Of a DNA stretch of 64,000 nt, positions 10,449 through 20,042 are shown one piece after another (position 1 is the stretch's first letter; the number at the start of each line of letters is the position of its first letter). Position numbers and translations under genes: made by a program. The stretch covers positions 160,001 through 224,000 of the forward strand of contig CBDFJQ010000002.1 of the NCBI GenBank assembly GCA_965248575.1. The letters are read 5' to 3'. Source of the DNA: Planctomycetota bacterium. Its GTDB lineage: Bacteria; Planctomycetota; B15-G4. The notes below the pieces were generated by a model. The model did not search any database and was not told where the DNA came from. It was given only the letters and a program-made list of their open reading frames with translations.

Positions 10449-11375
10449 GTGGAACCAGCCAGCGAAAGGGAACCCTCCGGCACGCCCTCCGCGCCCCTTC
10501 CTGGGCGCGCGGCGGCAACCGCTCCGGATATCCCCGCTTCTCCGGCACAGATGCAGGCCATGCTGTCCTTGCTCAGTGACGACTCGCAGAAGGTCGTGGG
10601 GGGCTGTGCGGAGGCCTTGGCCAGGCAGGGTGATCGGGCGGAATCTCTGCTTGAGCAGCGTTTGCCCCTCGCGCTAGGTCGCGAGGCCCGACGCATCCGC
10701 TCGATCCTGGCGCGGGTGCGCTACCCCGCGGCCGAGGAGCAGCTGCTGGCCTGTCTGACGGGCTCTCCGAAGTTGGAGCGCGGGGCGCTGCTGTTGGCGC
10801 GCCTGGTGGATGGTGGGCCCGAGGTGGATGAGGCTGGCGCCGTGCTCGACCACATGGCGGAGCGGGCCGACGAGCTGCTCATGGACGACTCAGACCCCCA
10901 GCGGCAACTGGGCGTCCTGCGGCGCGTGCTGACGGAGGAGTATGCGCTGAAGGGCTCAGACCCCGGTGCCAGTCGTCCGATCGATGCGCTCCTGCACGGT
11001 GTGACGTCCAATCGTCGGGGCATGCCCATGCCGCTGTGCATCACCTGGCTGTTGGTGGCGCGTCGGCTCAGGATTCCGCTCGTGGGTGTAAACATGCCGG
11101 GGCACTTCCTGATGCGTCTGGATGTGTCCGACAAACTGCTCGTGCTGGATGCGTACAGCGGCGGTCGGGTGGTGGATCAGCGCACCTGGCAGAGGCATCT
11201 CAAGTCCCACAACCTCACGGGCAAATCGATCTCGGACCTGGATGCTGACGATCGCGAGATGTTGTTGCGCAGCTTGCGTAACCTGGTGCATCTCTCTGCC
11301 TCGGACCATGACCGGGCGTTGGCCTTGCGCTGCACCCGGGTGCTGGCGCTGGAGTCCCAGGCGAGAACGGTCTGA
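10449..11375 (+). CDS. SirB1/transglutaminase-like (Transglut_core2) family protein
   Basis: RRGMPMPLCITWLLVARRL...GVNMPGHFLMR..LDAY, MLLRSLRNL. Confidence 0.8.
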   Translation: MEPASEREPSGTPSAPLPGRAAATAPDIPASPAQMQAMLSLLSDDSQKVVGGCAEALARQGDRAESLLEQRLPLALGREARRIRSILARVRYPAAEEQLLACLTGSPKLERGALLLARLVDGGPEVDEAGAVLDHMAERADELLMDDSDPQRQLGVLRRVLTEEYALKGSDPGASRPIDALLHGVTSNRRGMPMPLCITWLLVARRLRIPLVGVNMPGHFLMRLDVSDKLLVLDAYSGGRVVDQRTWQRHLKSHNLTGKSISDLDADDREMLLRSLRNLVHLSASDHDRALALRCTRVLALESQARTV

Positions 11376-11383
11376 GGGTCGCC

Positions 11384-12277
11384 CTAGCGCTGGCCGCTTG
11401 CGGACTGCGCTTCGATGAGGGCGGCGAGGGCTGTTCTGTCGAGCCCCTGTTCTGCCAAGGCGATCGCGCGCAACTCCTGGGCGATGCGTTGCAGTTCGAG
11501 CGAACCCTCGGCAGCTTCCTGCTCGCCGGTCTTGGGTTTTGCGAGGGTCTCGAAGATCGACTGCGCTTCGGCGTGCAGCCCGAGGTGCAGGGCCACCAAG
11601 CCCGAGAGCAGGCGACCGGACGCCTCGTCAGGGGCGAGGTCGTGCGCCGTGCGCATGGCGCGCCCATGGGCCTCGGCGCGGGGCGTGGGCAGCAGCTCGA
11701 AGCGCGCGATGGCCTTCATCTCACCGCTCGCTACCTCGCTGAGTGTCATGACGAAGGCGGTGCCTGGAATCCAAGAGACTCCCGGTTGGATCTCCTGTTG
11801 GCCGACGGCGATAGCCAGCTGGGCCACCGGCAGGTCGAGGTCCTGGTTCTGGATGTCCAGGCTCAGGGCCTTGGTGGCGGGCTCGCGCAGGCGGATCGTC
11901 GTGGGCGCGTGCCGGAAGCTGTCCAGGGGCCAGGCGATGGTGGGGTAGTCGAAGCTCTCTGCGGGGTCGCTGGCGACGGCTTCCATGAGTGTCTTGCGAT
12001 ACAGCTCCCGCGCGCCAAGGGGCCACCAGCGGGTTTGGGAGATGTCCGCCGGCAGCTGCTCCCGTGGTGTCGTGCTGAGCCGTTGCAGAGCGGCCTCCAC
12101 ATCGCCGCGCCCCAGCTCGTCGCGCAGGGCGTCGGGGTCGAACTCGCGGCCAAAGATCACGAAGACCGTCACCAGGAACAGCAGCGGGACGATCCAGGGC
12201 CTCAGCTTGCCGAGCGGTGAGGAGGAGTTGGGGGCGCTGGGTGTCTTCACGACGTCTTCCAGGTTGGGCCGAGCCAA
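11384..12277 (-). CDS. Hypothetical membrane-anchored protein
   Basis: 297-aa ORF with an N-terminal hydrophobic helix, co-oriented with its neighbours; start may be GTG 12250. Confidence 0.65.
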   Translation of the reverse strand: MARPNLEDVVKTPSAPNSSSPLGKLRPWIVPLLFLVTVFVIFGREFDPDALRDELGRGDVEAALQRLSTTPREQLPADISQTRWWPLGARELYRKTLMEAVASDPAESFDYPTIAWPLDSFRHAPTTIRLREPATKALSLDIQNQDLDLPVAQLAIAVGQQEIQPGVSWIPGTAFVMTLSEVASGEMKAIARFELLPTPRAEAHGRAMRTAHDLAPDEASGRLLSGLVALHLGLHAEAQSIFETLAKPKTGEQEAAEGSLELQRIAQELRAIALAEQGLDRTALAALIEAQSASGQR

Positions 12278-12320
12278 TCAGAGAGGGCGAGCCGCTCGCC
12301 GAGCGAACGACACTCACACG

Positions 12321-13190
12321 CTAGCAGCTGCCACTGAGCGATGGAGCCATGGTTCTCAGGGTCTGTTCGGTTCCGCCGCAGCATGCGCCGACGAAGGGGA
12401 CGCCGGCCGCCGAGGCACGCCGGGCAAACTCCGCCATGGCCGAGTTGTCGACACTGTGCGGCGGGACGCCCGCGGAAGGTTTGAGCCAGGCCAGATGCGG
12501 CAGCTTGGCCGCCAGGGCGAGCACGTCTTCGGGTCCACGACAGCAGTTGAGGCCGGCTTCGATGGGAGCCCTGGCCGGTGTGGCACGCCGAACCGTCTCG
12601 ACTACCTGCCGAACACGCTCGGCATCTCCGGGGCTGCCGTCCGTGCTGCTGGCGCAGACGACGAGCGGGAGAGCAGGGTTGAGCTCCTCCTCCAGCTCCC
12701 CCTCGAGCCACCGGTGGAGCTCCAAGCCGGCCTGCGCGTCCTGCGGGCTGTTGCAGGTTTCGAAGACCAGCAGGTCGATACCGGCAGTCGTCAGGGTTCG
12801 CAGCACCGTCTTGGCCGCTGCGATGTTGCCTGCCAACCCGTAGGCGGCCAGGCAGCCTGCGACGAGGGTGCGCTGCGAGGACAGTTGCGCGACTCCGCGG
12901 GCCAGGCGAACCGCTGCCGCCACGGCGGGTGAGGGGTCGCGACCGGGGTGCTCCAGGGCAGCGAAGGTGTTGCTACACAGGATGCGCGCGCCGGCCTGGG
13001 CATGGGCCCGGTGCACGGCCTCGACCAGGCCAGGCGCTTCGAGGTTGGCGCACAGCGTCGGTCGGTCGCTGGGCCAGCCTGCGGCGCGCAGCCCTGTGCC
13101 CATGGCGGCATCCAGGAGCAGGCTTCTCGGCGCGGCCGGTGTCTCCCGCTGGAATTCGTCGGGGAACAGGTGCTGCGCCAGGCTTGTCAT
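12321..13190 (-). CDS. Homocysteine S-methyltransferase family protein (stand-alone)
   Basis: LLLDAAMGTGL, H..AGA...SNTF, GLNCC and GACCG zinc-ligand motifs. Confidence 0.85.
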   Translation of the reverse strand: MTSLAQHLFPDEFQRETPAAPRSLLLDAAMGTGLRAAGWPSDRPTLCANLEAPGLVEAVHRAHAQAGARILCSNTFAALEHPGRDPSPAVAAAVRLARGVAQLSSQRTLVAGCLAAYGLAGNIAAAKTVLRTLTTAGIDLLVFETCNSPQDAQAGLELHRWLEGELEEELNPALPLVVCASSTDGSPGDAERVRQVVETVRRATPARAPIEAGLNCCRGPEDVLALAAKLPHLAWLKPSAGVPPHSVDNSAMAEFARRASAAGVPFVGACCGGTEQTLRTMAPSLSGSC

Positions 13191-15709
13191 TCCACTCCGG
13201 CTTCGAGCACATCGAGAGCATCGCGCAGCGCGCTGTGGACGAAGCCGTAACCCTCCAGGTCCATGCGTGCGTTGAGGTGGCGGCGTGCGCGGGAGTCGCC
13301 GCGCGCACCCAGCGCCCGGGCTGCCGCCAGTCGCACGTGATAGCTCTCGTCATGAAGTGAGCTGCAGAGTTGCTGGAAGACACGCTCCCCATGGGGGGCC
13401 TGCCAGAGGGCGAGCGCGTCCACGGCGGCTGTGCGCACCCAACGCTGAGGGTGGGTGCGCGCCACGCGGATCAGGAACGGCAGCACATCGTCACGGCCCA
13501 TGCTCGCGGCGAGGCTCACGAGGTCCCGCTGGAAGCGGATCCTGTACGGCCCGCTGCTCTCGAACACCCGGGTGAGCGTGCGGTAGGCGCCGGGATCTTG
13601 CAGCTCCACAAGCGCGGTGATGGCGGCCAGCGCCGCGAGGCTGTAGCTGTCGTCCACCGCCCTGCGGAGCAGCAGGATCCCGGCGTCGCCAGGGGCCGCA
13701 GCGAGCACGCGGATGGCAGCCTCACGCACACGGGGGTCGTCGTCCATGACGAGTTCACCGATCGCCAGGCTCTGCGGCGCCGCTGGTGTTGCAGCAAAGG
13801 CCGCGAGGGCGTCCAGGGCGCGCACGCGCACGTCCGGGAAGCTGTCGCGCAGGGCGGCATGGCGCAGGGCGGCCAGCGCGGTGTCATCGAGTGCCGGTGC
13901 TTCGGCGTCTGGCCCCACGGCCCAGCGGTCGCCGGCGAACCACTCGGCGGCAAGCAAACGCGCCATGGGATGCTGGGCCTGTTTGAGCTGTCGAGCCCAG
14001 GCGCCCGCAGGTTGGGCCAGCGTGATGCGCCCGGGCAGCGCGCTGCTGCTGTCCACGTGCACCCAATCCAGGAGCCCATCAGATGGCTCTGCTGAGCCCT
14101 CTGATGAGCCCAGGGCCAGGCGCGCCGTGGCGCCTTCGAGGGCCACGCGCTCCGTTTGCTCGAGCCCGTTGCGAGACCAGCTGACTTCCAGGTTCGCGTG
14201 GAAGACGCTCGGCCAATCCGCGCGCAGGGCCAACTGCTCGAGGTGCAGGGTGTCAGCCCCGTCGGTTCCCGTTTCGATGTGTGCGGCGATGTTCGGGTAG
14301 CCGGGGCTGTGCAACCACTCATCGAAAAACTGTTGGAGGTCGCGGCCACTGGCTTCCTCCATGGCCCGCTGGAAGTCTTCGGTGGTGACGATCTCGCCTT
14401 GATGTCGGCCCACGTAGGCGCGCAAGCCGCTCAGGAAGACGGTCTCGCCCAGCTGGTCTCGCAACAGGTGCAGGCGTGCAGCCCCGCCCTCGTAGGCGTG
14501 CTCATCAAAGGTCTCGTCCGGGTCCGTGAACCCATCCCAGACGATGGGGTGGGACTCAACCCACTCGCGAGCCATGGCGGCCTGTTGCCAATCCCGAAGG
14601 GTGGCCGACAGACGGGCTGGACCTTCTCGCTCAGCCATGTAGAGGGCTTCGCAGTAGTTTGCGAAACCCTCGTTGAGCCAGATCTCCTGCCAGCCGTTTC
14701 CGCAGAGCAGATCGCCAAACCACTGGTGGGCAGCCTCGTGTGCCAGGAGATCCGTGAGATCGAGATAGGGTTCGTCGCTGGGGTCGTGCAGGCCCTCGTC
14801 GTAGAGCGTGGTGGCGGAGACGTTCTCCATGCCGCCCGCAGTGAAGTCGTGCACGAAGGTCTGGGCGTACTTGGAGTAGGGGTAGGGCACACCTGTCAGC
14901 TCACCCAGGAACTCCAGCATGTCCGCGGTGTGCCGGGAGTTCTCCAGGGCAAGGGCGAGGTCGGCAGGGTCCGCCAGGACGGGCAAGGGCACCTCGCCGC
15001 CCGGCAACTGCCCCTCGGCGAACCCGCCGGCGAGGAAGGTGATCAGGTAGCTGACGTGCGGGCGGTCGCTGCTCCACGTCTCCGTACGCTGACCCGTGCG
15101 CTTGGACAGGTAACTGTCCAACAGGGTCCCCGCACCCATGCTCGTGAGCGAGGCGTCCAGGCTGACGGTGAGTTCGTGGGTGGCCATCTCGTTGGGGATG
15201 TCCCAGACCGGCATCCAGTGTCGCGTGTCCTCAGACTGGCCTTGGGTCCAGACGTGCCAGGGCCGTTCAGGTGCCTTCGCGGTCGGGGGGACGAAGATCA
15301 GGCCCCGTTGTGGAAAGCAGCTCCAGCTGAGGCGGACGACGGCCTCGACTCCTGGCAGGGCCGGGCGTTCCAACTCGATGACGAGGGTGTCGTCGACGGC
15401 TTCAAGCTGCAGCACGTGCCCGTCGCCGTTCCATGCGCCGGAGATGTCCAGGTCGACGGCGTCCAACACGAGCTGGCTCGTGCTCGCATCGGGAAGACCG
15501 CGATAGTGGATCTCTACGCTGCCGTCGAGATAACCGGCTTCGTGGTCGATGCTCACATCGATGTCGTAGTGGACGATGTCCACCATGGGTTCGCGCCAGA
15601 CCACGGGTTGGACCCTGCGAAGCCCGGGACTGCTGCAGCCTGAGAGAGCGAAGAGGGTGACGACCCAGAGTGCAGGGGCGATCGTGCGGCGGAGCGGGGT
15701 CCGGAGCAT
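13187..15709 (-). CDS. M1 family aminopeptidase with C-terminal HEAT repeats, probable lipoprotein
   Basis: GGMEN, HEAAHQWFG...WLNEGFA zinc motif, LSGC lipobox, HEAT-like repeats (D..PRVREAA). Confidence 0.9.
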   Translation of the reverse strand: MLRTPLRRTIAPALWVVTLFALSGCSSPGLRRVQPVVWREPMVDIVHYDIDVSIDHEAGYLDGSVEIHYRGLPDASTSQLVLDAVDLDISGAWNGDGHVLQLEAVDDTLVIELERPALPGVEAVVRLSWSCFPQRGLIFVPPTAKAPERPWHVWTQGQSEDTRHWMPVWDIPNEMATHELTVSLDASLTSMGAGTLLDSYLSKRTGQRTETWSSDRPHVSYLITFLAGGFAEGQLPGGEVPLPVLADPADLALALENSRHTADMLEFLGELTGVPYPYSKYAQTFVHDFTAGGMENVSATTLYDEGLHDPSDEPYLDLTDLLAHEAAHQWFGDLLCGNGWQEIWLNEGFANYCEALYMAEREGPARLSATLRDWQQAAMAREWVESHPIVWDGFTDPDETFDEHAYEGGAARLHLLRDQLGETVFLSGLRAYVGRHQGEIVTTEDFQRAMEEASGRDLQQFFDEWLHSPGYPNIAAHIETGTDGADTLHLEQLALRADWPSVFHANLEVSWSRNGLEQTERVALEGATARLALGSSEGSAEPSDGLLDWVHVDSSSALPGRITLAQPAGAWARQLKQAQHPMARLLAAEWFAGDRWAVGPDAEAPALDDTALAALRHAALRDSFPDVRVRALDALAAFAATPAAPQSLAIGELVMDDDPRVREAAIRVLAAAPGDAGILLLRRAVDDSYSLAALAAITALVELQDPGAYRTLTRVFESSGPYRIRFQRDLVSLAASMGRDDVLPFLIRVARTHPQRWVRTAAVDALALWQAPHGERVFQQLCSSLHDESYHVRLAAARALGARGDSRARRHLNARMDLEGYGFVHSALRDALDVLEAGVE

Positions 15710-15819
15710 GGTGGCGGGGCTCGACAAGCTAAGAGGAGAGGGCTCAGCGAGGCCTGGGTCGCGCACGCTGCATGACAGGGTGGGACCGGGAGTGCCCGCA
15801 GCGCCCTGTGGCCGCAGCC

Positions 15820-17235
15820 CTAGGGCGCAAGCGGCGTGAGCTGAAGGTCGATGGTGTAGCTGTTGAGCTTCAGCTCGGTGGGGGCCAGGTTCCGGAGGGG
15901 TTGGCGGAACTTGAGGTAGTCATCGGCGATCACGATCACGATCGCTCCTTCAGGAGGGCAGCTCTCCAGGGTGATGGCGAAGGTGCCGTCGTCCTCCCCG
16001 AACTCCATGTCTTCGTATTCATCCATGAGGCCCGAGGGGCCCATGAGGACGAAGCGGATCTCGGTGTCGATCACCGGCTCGTTCGTGAGTGCGTCACGAA
16101 CGCGTCCGGCGACCGTGACTGACTCATGCAGTTGGACATCGACGGGGCGGCTGACATCGTTCACGCGCACCAGTGTCGGCCCGTACTCGTCCACCTCGGT
16201 CACCAGTAGCCACAGGTTCTCGGGGTCCGTGCCCACATCGTCGATGAAGAACTCTCCTTCGTCGCCGGTGATGTCCCAGGCGTCCGCACCCTCGAATTCG
16301 CTGTGTGCGGGCAGAATGTTGACCTCGGCGCCATCGATGGGCGTGCCGTCGGATGCGCTGATCACCGTGCCTGCAAGAGACGGGGGGGAGCGCAAGCCGA
16401 CGTCGATGACCCGCACTTCGCCGGGCTGCAAGCTGATGGGGCCAAAGATGGCGTAGCGGTCGTCGTCGTCCATGACGCGCAGCATGATGTCGGTGGCGGG
16501 CACGTCCACCAGGTTCATGCCGAAGAAGCCGGCTTCGTCGGTGTAGTCGTCCTGGAACTCACCGTCCCAGGCCATGGCCTGGCAGACCACTTCGATATCA
16601 GCCATGGAGATGGGGTCGCCAGTCTCTGCGTCGTAGACCTTGCCTTCGATTCGCGCCGGTCGACTCAGGACCAGGGCGACATGAACCGGCGACCCAGAGG
16701 GGACGACCGCCGCGTCGTGGGTGTGAAACGCAGGCATGAGCACGGTGGGGTCGTCCGGGTCTCCCAACTCGGGCTCCGTGGCGAGGGACCATCCTGCGGT
16801 CAGGCCCTCTTCGGAGTAGAAGCGAAAGACGCCGTCGTCGTCGGTGGACTCCGAGTCGAAGTATTCACCCTCCTCGTCGAACAAGTTCACCGTGACGTCT
16901 GCGAGGCGCTTTTCAGCGGGGTCTTCGACCGTGCCCGTGATGAGCAGCGGCTCGTCCCACAACAGATCTTCGACTTCCTGGGCTGTCTGGCCCTCGCCTG
17001 GGGCCAGCTGTGTCGGCAGACTCTCGATCAGCTCGGGCAGATCGGCGTCCTTGACGTCGGGGAGCACCGTCGACTCGCCGGGCGTCTCCTCCGGGGCGGC
17101 GATGGAGCTCGGCTCCGCTGAGCCGTCCGTCGGGGCGGCGTCATCCAGGAGCCAGAACACGCCACCGGCGAGGATGAGAATAGTCACTGCCCCGAAAACC
17201 AGGGGCGCGGGCGAACGGGAGGCGGGGGATGCCAT
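15820..17235 (-). CDS. Acidic membrane-anchored protein with repeated carboxypeptidase regulatory-like domains
   Basis: N-terminal TM helix; four repeats of the pattern G.V.D..TG.PI..A.V...TD..G.F. Confidence 0.78.
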   Translation of the reverse strand: MASPASRSPAPLVFGAVTILILAGGVFWLLDDAAPTDGSAEPSSIAAPEETPGESTVLPDVKDADLPELIESLPTQLAPGEGQTAQEVEDLLWDEPLLITGTVEDPAEKRLADVTVNLFDEEGEYFDSESTDDDGVFRFYSEEGLTAGWSLATEPELGDPDDPTVLMPAFHTHDAAVVPSGSPVHVALVLSRPARIEGKVYDAETGDPISMADIEVVCQAMAWDGEFQDDYTDEAGFFGMNLVDVPATDIMLRVMDDDDRYAIFGPISLQPGEVRVIDVGLRSPPSLAGTVISASDGTPIDGAEVNILPAHSEFEGADAWDITGDEGEFFIDDVGTDPENLWLLVTEVDEYGPTLVRVNDVSRPVDVQLHESVTVAGRVRDALTNEPVIDTEIRFVLMGPSGLMDEYEDMEFGEDDGTFAITLESCPPEGAIVIVIADDYLKFRQPLRNLAPTELKLNSYTIDLQLTPLAP

Positions 17236-17416
17236 GAACTCTCTTCCTTGACTCGTGTGCTGGTGGCTGCGCCCTGTGGACGCCCTCCTTGCGACCGGCA
17301 GCGGCTCGTGCTGGCCGGCAGATCTCCCGGGGATGATACAGCGCGGCACGCCCCCTCTTGAATGGGAACCCGGTCGCTCTTGACCAGATGGCTCCTGGTA
17401 CGAAGGCTAGGGAGTC

Positions 17417-18460
17417 ATGACTCGTGCAACGCGACTTTTCTTCCTGCTGAGCTGCCTGGCGTCGAGCCTGCCTGCGGCCGCGGCTGGGCCTCCAAGGGCG
17501 AGGCCCGCGGCCCTCGTTGCCGCTGAAGCAGGGGGGGCAGTCTTGGACCAGGTGTCCCCTCTGCAGGCCGCCCAGGGGACGATTCTGACCCTCACGGGGA
17601 CGGGCTTCGGAAGCCTCAAGCCCAAAGTTCGCCTGCTGCCGGTGGCGGGAGGCAAGAGCCGGAAGCTGAAGCTGCTGTCCTGGTCGGACACCGTCGTCAC
17701 GGCACGGATCAGGAAGGCCAAATTGGGCTTCTTCGTCGTGCAGATTCGGCCCCGCGGCAAGGGGGCTGTGCCGGTCCAGGGCGCCGACCCGGTCGAGCTG
17801 ATGCCGCCCTCGATGCTGGCCGTCGCAGAAAGCTGCGTGCAACCCGGCGATGAGGTGACGCTCAGCGGCAACTTCCTGGGCAGCAAGACCGGCAAGCTGC
17901 GGGTGGCTGGGCGCAAGGCGAAGGTGCTCTCGTGGTCGGGTGAGGCTCCGGAGCAGATCGTGTTCCGGGTTCCGCCAAAAAAGGTGCAGGGGACCGTCGA
18001 TGTGGAGGTCCGCAACTCCCTGGCAAAAACCGTGAGCCCAGCTGCACTGCTCGTGGTGGATTCCACGGACCTCGCGTCGGACGGCAGCTTTGGCTCTGAG
18101 ACCTTCAGCGGCGACCTCGAGAACCCGGCCAGCATGCTGACTGTATCCGGTGGGCAGACCCATGTGTTCCTGGCAGGCGTCTCCAGCGACTCGGTCGAGT
18201 TCCGGGCGCTGTACGACCCGGCGTTGGATGGTCCGCAAGTCCTCACTGGCCTCGAGGTACTCCAGTTCAGCTACCAAGATGAGGGCCTGCTCTGGGTGCT
18301 GGACTTTGATGACCAGCTGCAAAGCAGTGTCACCCTGGAGCTGGACCCACACTGTGTCGGCCTGCTTCAGGTGCGCTTCAGTGGCTTCCTCGTGGAGCGC
18401 TTTGGACCGGGGACCCTGAGTGTCGAGGGCTGCTTCTTGTTGCCGTTGCCCGGGCCATGA
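17417..18460 (+). CDS. Secreted protein with IPT/TIG-like domains
   Basis: Signal peptide; SP..A.QG..LTLTGTGFG...SWSDT and PGDEVTLSGNFLG...SWS patterns. Confidence 0.7.
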   Translation: MTRATRLFFLLSCLASSLPAAAAGPPRARPAALVAAEAGGAVLDQVSPLQAAQGTILTLTGTGFGSLKPKVRLLPVAGGKSRKLKLLSWSDTVVTARIRKAKLGFFVVQIRPRGKGAVPVQGADPVELMPPSMLAVAESCVQPGDEVTLSGNFLGSKTGKLRVAGRKAKVLSWSGEAPEQIVFRVPPKKVQGTVDVEVRNSLAKTVSPAALLVVDSTDLASDGSFGSETFSGDLENPASMLTVSGGQTHVFLAGVSSDSVEFRALYDPALDGPQVLTGLEVLQFSYQDEGLLWVLDFDDQLQSSVTLELDPHCVGLLQVRFSGFLVERFGPGTLSVEGCFLLPLPGP

Positions 18461-18521
18461 TCGGGTCGTGTTGGAGGCACCCGCAGACTCCGATGAGCCC
18501 GGTCGCTAGACTGTCGGGCCC

Positions 18522-18848
18522 ATGAACCAGCTGCCCGATAACCAGCGCCCCGATTCACGCCCCGACACCGACACGGATGCCCGCCCGGAAATCGAAATCC
18601 GGCCGGAGCTGCTGCGCCCTTGGGATGTGGTGGTCTGGGACGACCCTGTGAATCTCCAGTCCTACGTGGTGTACGTGTTCCAGACGCTGTTCGGCTTCTC
18701 AGATTCCGTGGCCAACGCAAGGATGCTCGAGGTCCACAACGACGGGCGCAGCGTCGTGGCGAGCGTGGAGCGGGAGCAGGCGGAGTTCTACGTCACGCGT
18801 CTGCACGCCTATGGGCTTCAAGCCACGATGGAACGGGGCGAAGCATGA
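18522..18848 (+). CDS. clpS: ATP-dependent Clp protease adaptor ClpS (actinobacterial-like)
   Basis: WDVVVWDDPVNL.SYV, MLEVHNDGRSVV, EQAE.Y...LH.YGL.AT. Confidence 0.92.
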   Translation: MNQLPDNQRPDSRPDTDTDARPEIEIRPELLRPWDVVVWDDPVNLQSYVVYVFQTLFGFSDSVANARMLEVHNDGRSVVASVEREQAEFYVTRLHAYGLQATMERGEA

Positions 18849-19363
18849 CGCGCCTGCGCCACGACGGCAAAGACAGCGAGACCGGCCAAGACAGTTGGAC
18901 CCTGCACTTCGTGCAGATCGAGGCGAATATCCTGTCCAGCCTTCCGGAGCAGCTGGCAACCCTGCTCGCCAACCCCAACAGCAACCGTCCCGTGGTCAAC
19001 CGCCTGTTCCCGGCGTCCTACCAGGACCCGGAAGAGGAGGCCTTGAACCGTCAGCTGCTCGGCGACTCCCTGCTGGAGCAACGCCAGGACATGATCACCG
19101 ATGTGCGCGCACAGCTGGACGCTGCGGTGCACACGGAGGAGGGCATCGAGATGGTGCTCGACCGCGGTGGCATGGACCTGTGGCTACGCTTCATGAACGA
19201 CGTGCGCTTGATCCTGGCCACGGATCTGGATGTGAACCAGAACCAGAGCGACACCGAGACGGTCGATCCCACCAGCCCGGACGCCCCCAAGCATGCCTTG
19301 CTGGAATACCTGGGAGGCGTGGAAGCCATGATGATCGAAGCGCTCTCCTTGGCCGCCGGCTGA
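18845..19363 (+). CDS. DUF2017-like protein
   Basis: PVVNRLFPASYQD...WLRFMNDVRLILATDLDV pattern; ATGA overlap with clpS, the usual DUF2017 context. Confidence 0.75.
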   Translation: MTRLRHDGKDSETGQDSWTLHFVQIEANILSSLPEQLATLLANPNSNRPVVNRLFPASYQDPEEEALNRQLLGDSLLEQRQDMITDVRAQLDAAVHTEEGIEMVLDRGGMDLWLRFMNDVRLILATDLDVNQNQSDTETVDPTSPDAPKHALLEYLGGVEAMMIEALSLAAG

Positions 19364-19367
19364 AGCG

Positions 19368-19955
19368 GTGAGCGGCGCCCCGACGGACGCGCTAGGTGAC
19401 TCCGGGGAGCGTCTCGTAGCCCAGGGCCACTGGCTTGGCTTGCTGTACCTGCACCTGACGGGGCCGGCCGTTCGTGCCCGGGTGGACATCGAGGATCTCG
19501 TGCAGGAGGCACTGCTGCGCGCGTGGGCTGCACCGTCGGGCCTGCCCCCTCACGAGCAGGGCGAGGCCGGTCTCCGACGCCTGCTTGCCCACATCGCACG
19601 ACACTGCGTCATGGACGTGCTGCGCCAGATGCGGGCCAAGAAACGGGCCGGCCGTGTCCAGCCCCTGGCCCGGGCCGACTGGAGCTCCACGGGGCTTGGA
19701 GACGGCCGCCTTCTCGCTCCGGGCGCCGGGCCCGCCACGCGGGTTCTGGTTGCCGATGAGCAGCGCTGCTTGATGGATGCCTACCAGACCCTCTCGGCGG
19801 AGCATCGTCGGGTGCTGGGGCTGCGGCAGTTCGAAGGTCTGGACGCTCGTGAGGCCGGCCGTCGGATGGGGCGGAGCGAAACCGCCATCCACTCCCTCTA
19901 TCGCCGGGCTCTGGGGGCTTGGAGCCAGGCCGCCGGTGGTTTGGCGCCTGACTAG
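19368..19955 (+). CDS. ECF RNA polymerase sigma-70 factor (planctomycete-type)
   Basis: Region 2 RVDIEDLVQEALLRAW; region 4 LSAEHRRVLGLRQFEGL...MGRSETAIHSLYRRA. Confidence 0.9.
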   Translation: MSGAPTDALGDSGERLVAQGHWLGLLYLHLTGPAVRARVDIEDLVQEALLRAWAAPSGLPPHEQGEAGLRRLLAHIARHCVMDVLRQMRAKKRAGRVQPLARADWSSTGLGDGRLLAPGAGPATRVLVADEQRCLMDAYQTLSAEHRRVLGLRQFEGLDAREAGRRMGRSETAIHSLYRRALGAWSQAAGGLAPD

Positions 19956-20042
19956 GGCCCGGGCAGGGACCCCGCGCGGCCTGGCGAGCGCCCAGCTTTT
20001 TTGGGACCCATGCGGTGAATCGCCCGGAGCAGCGCGCCTTGT

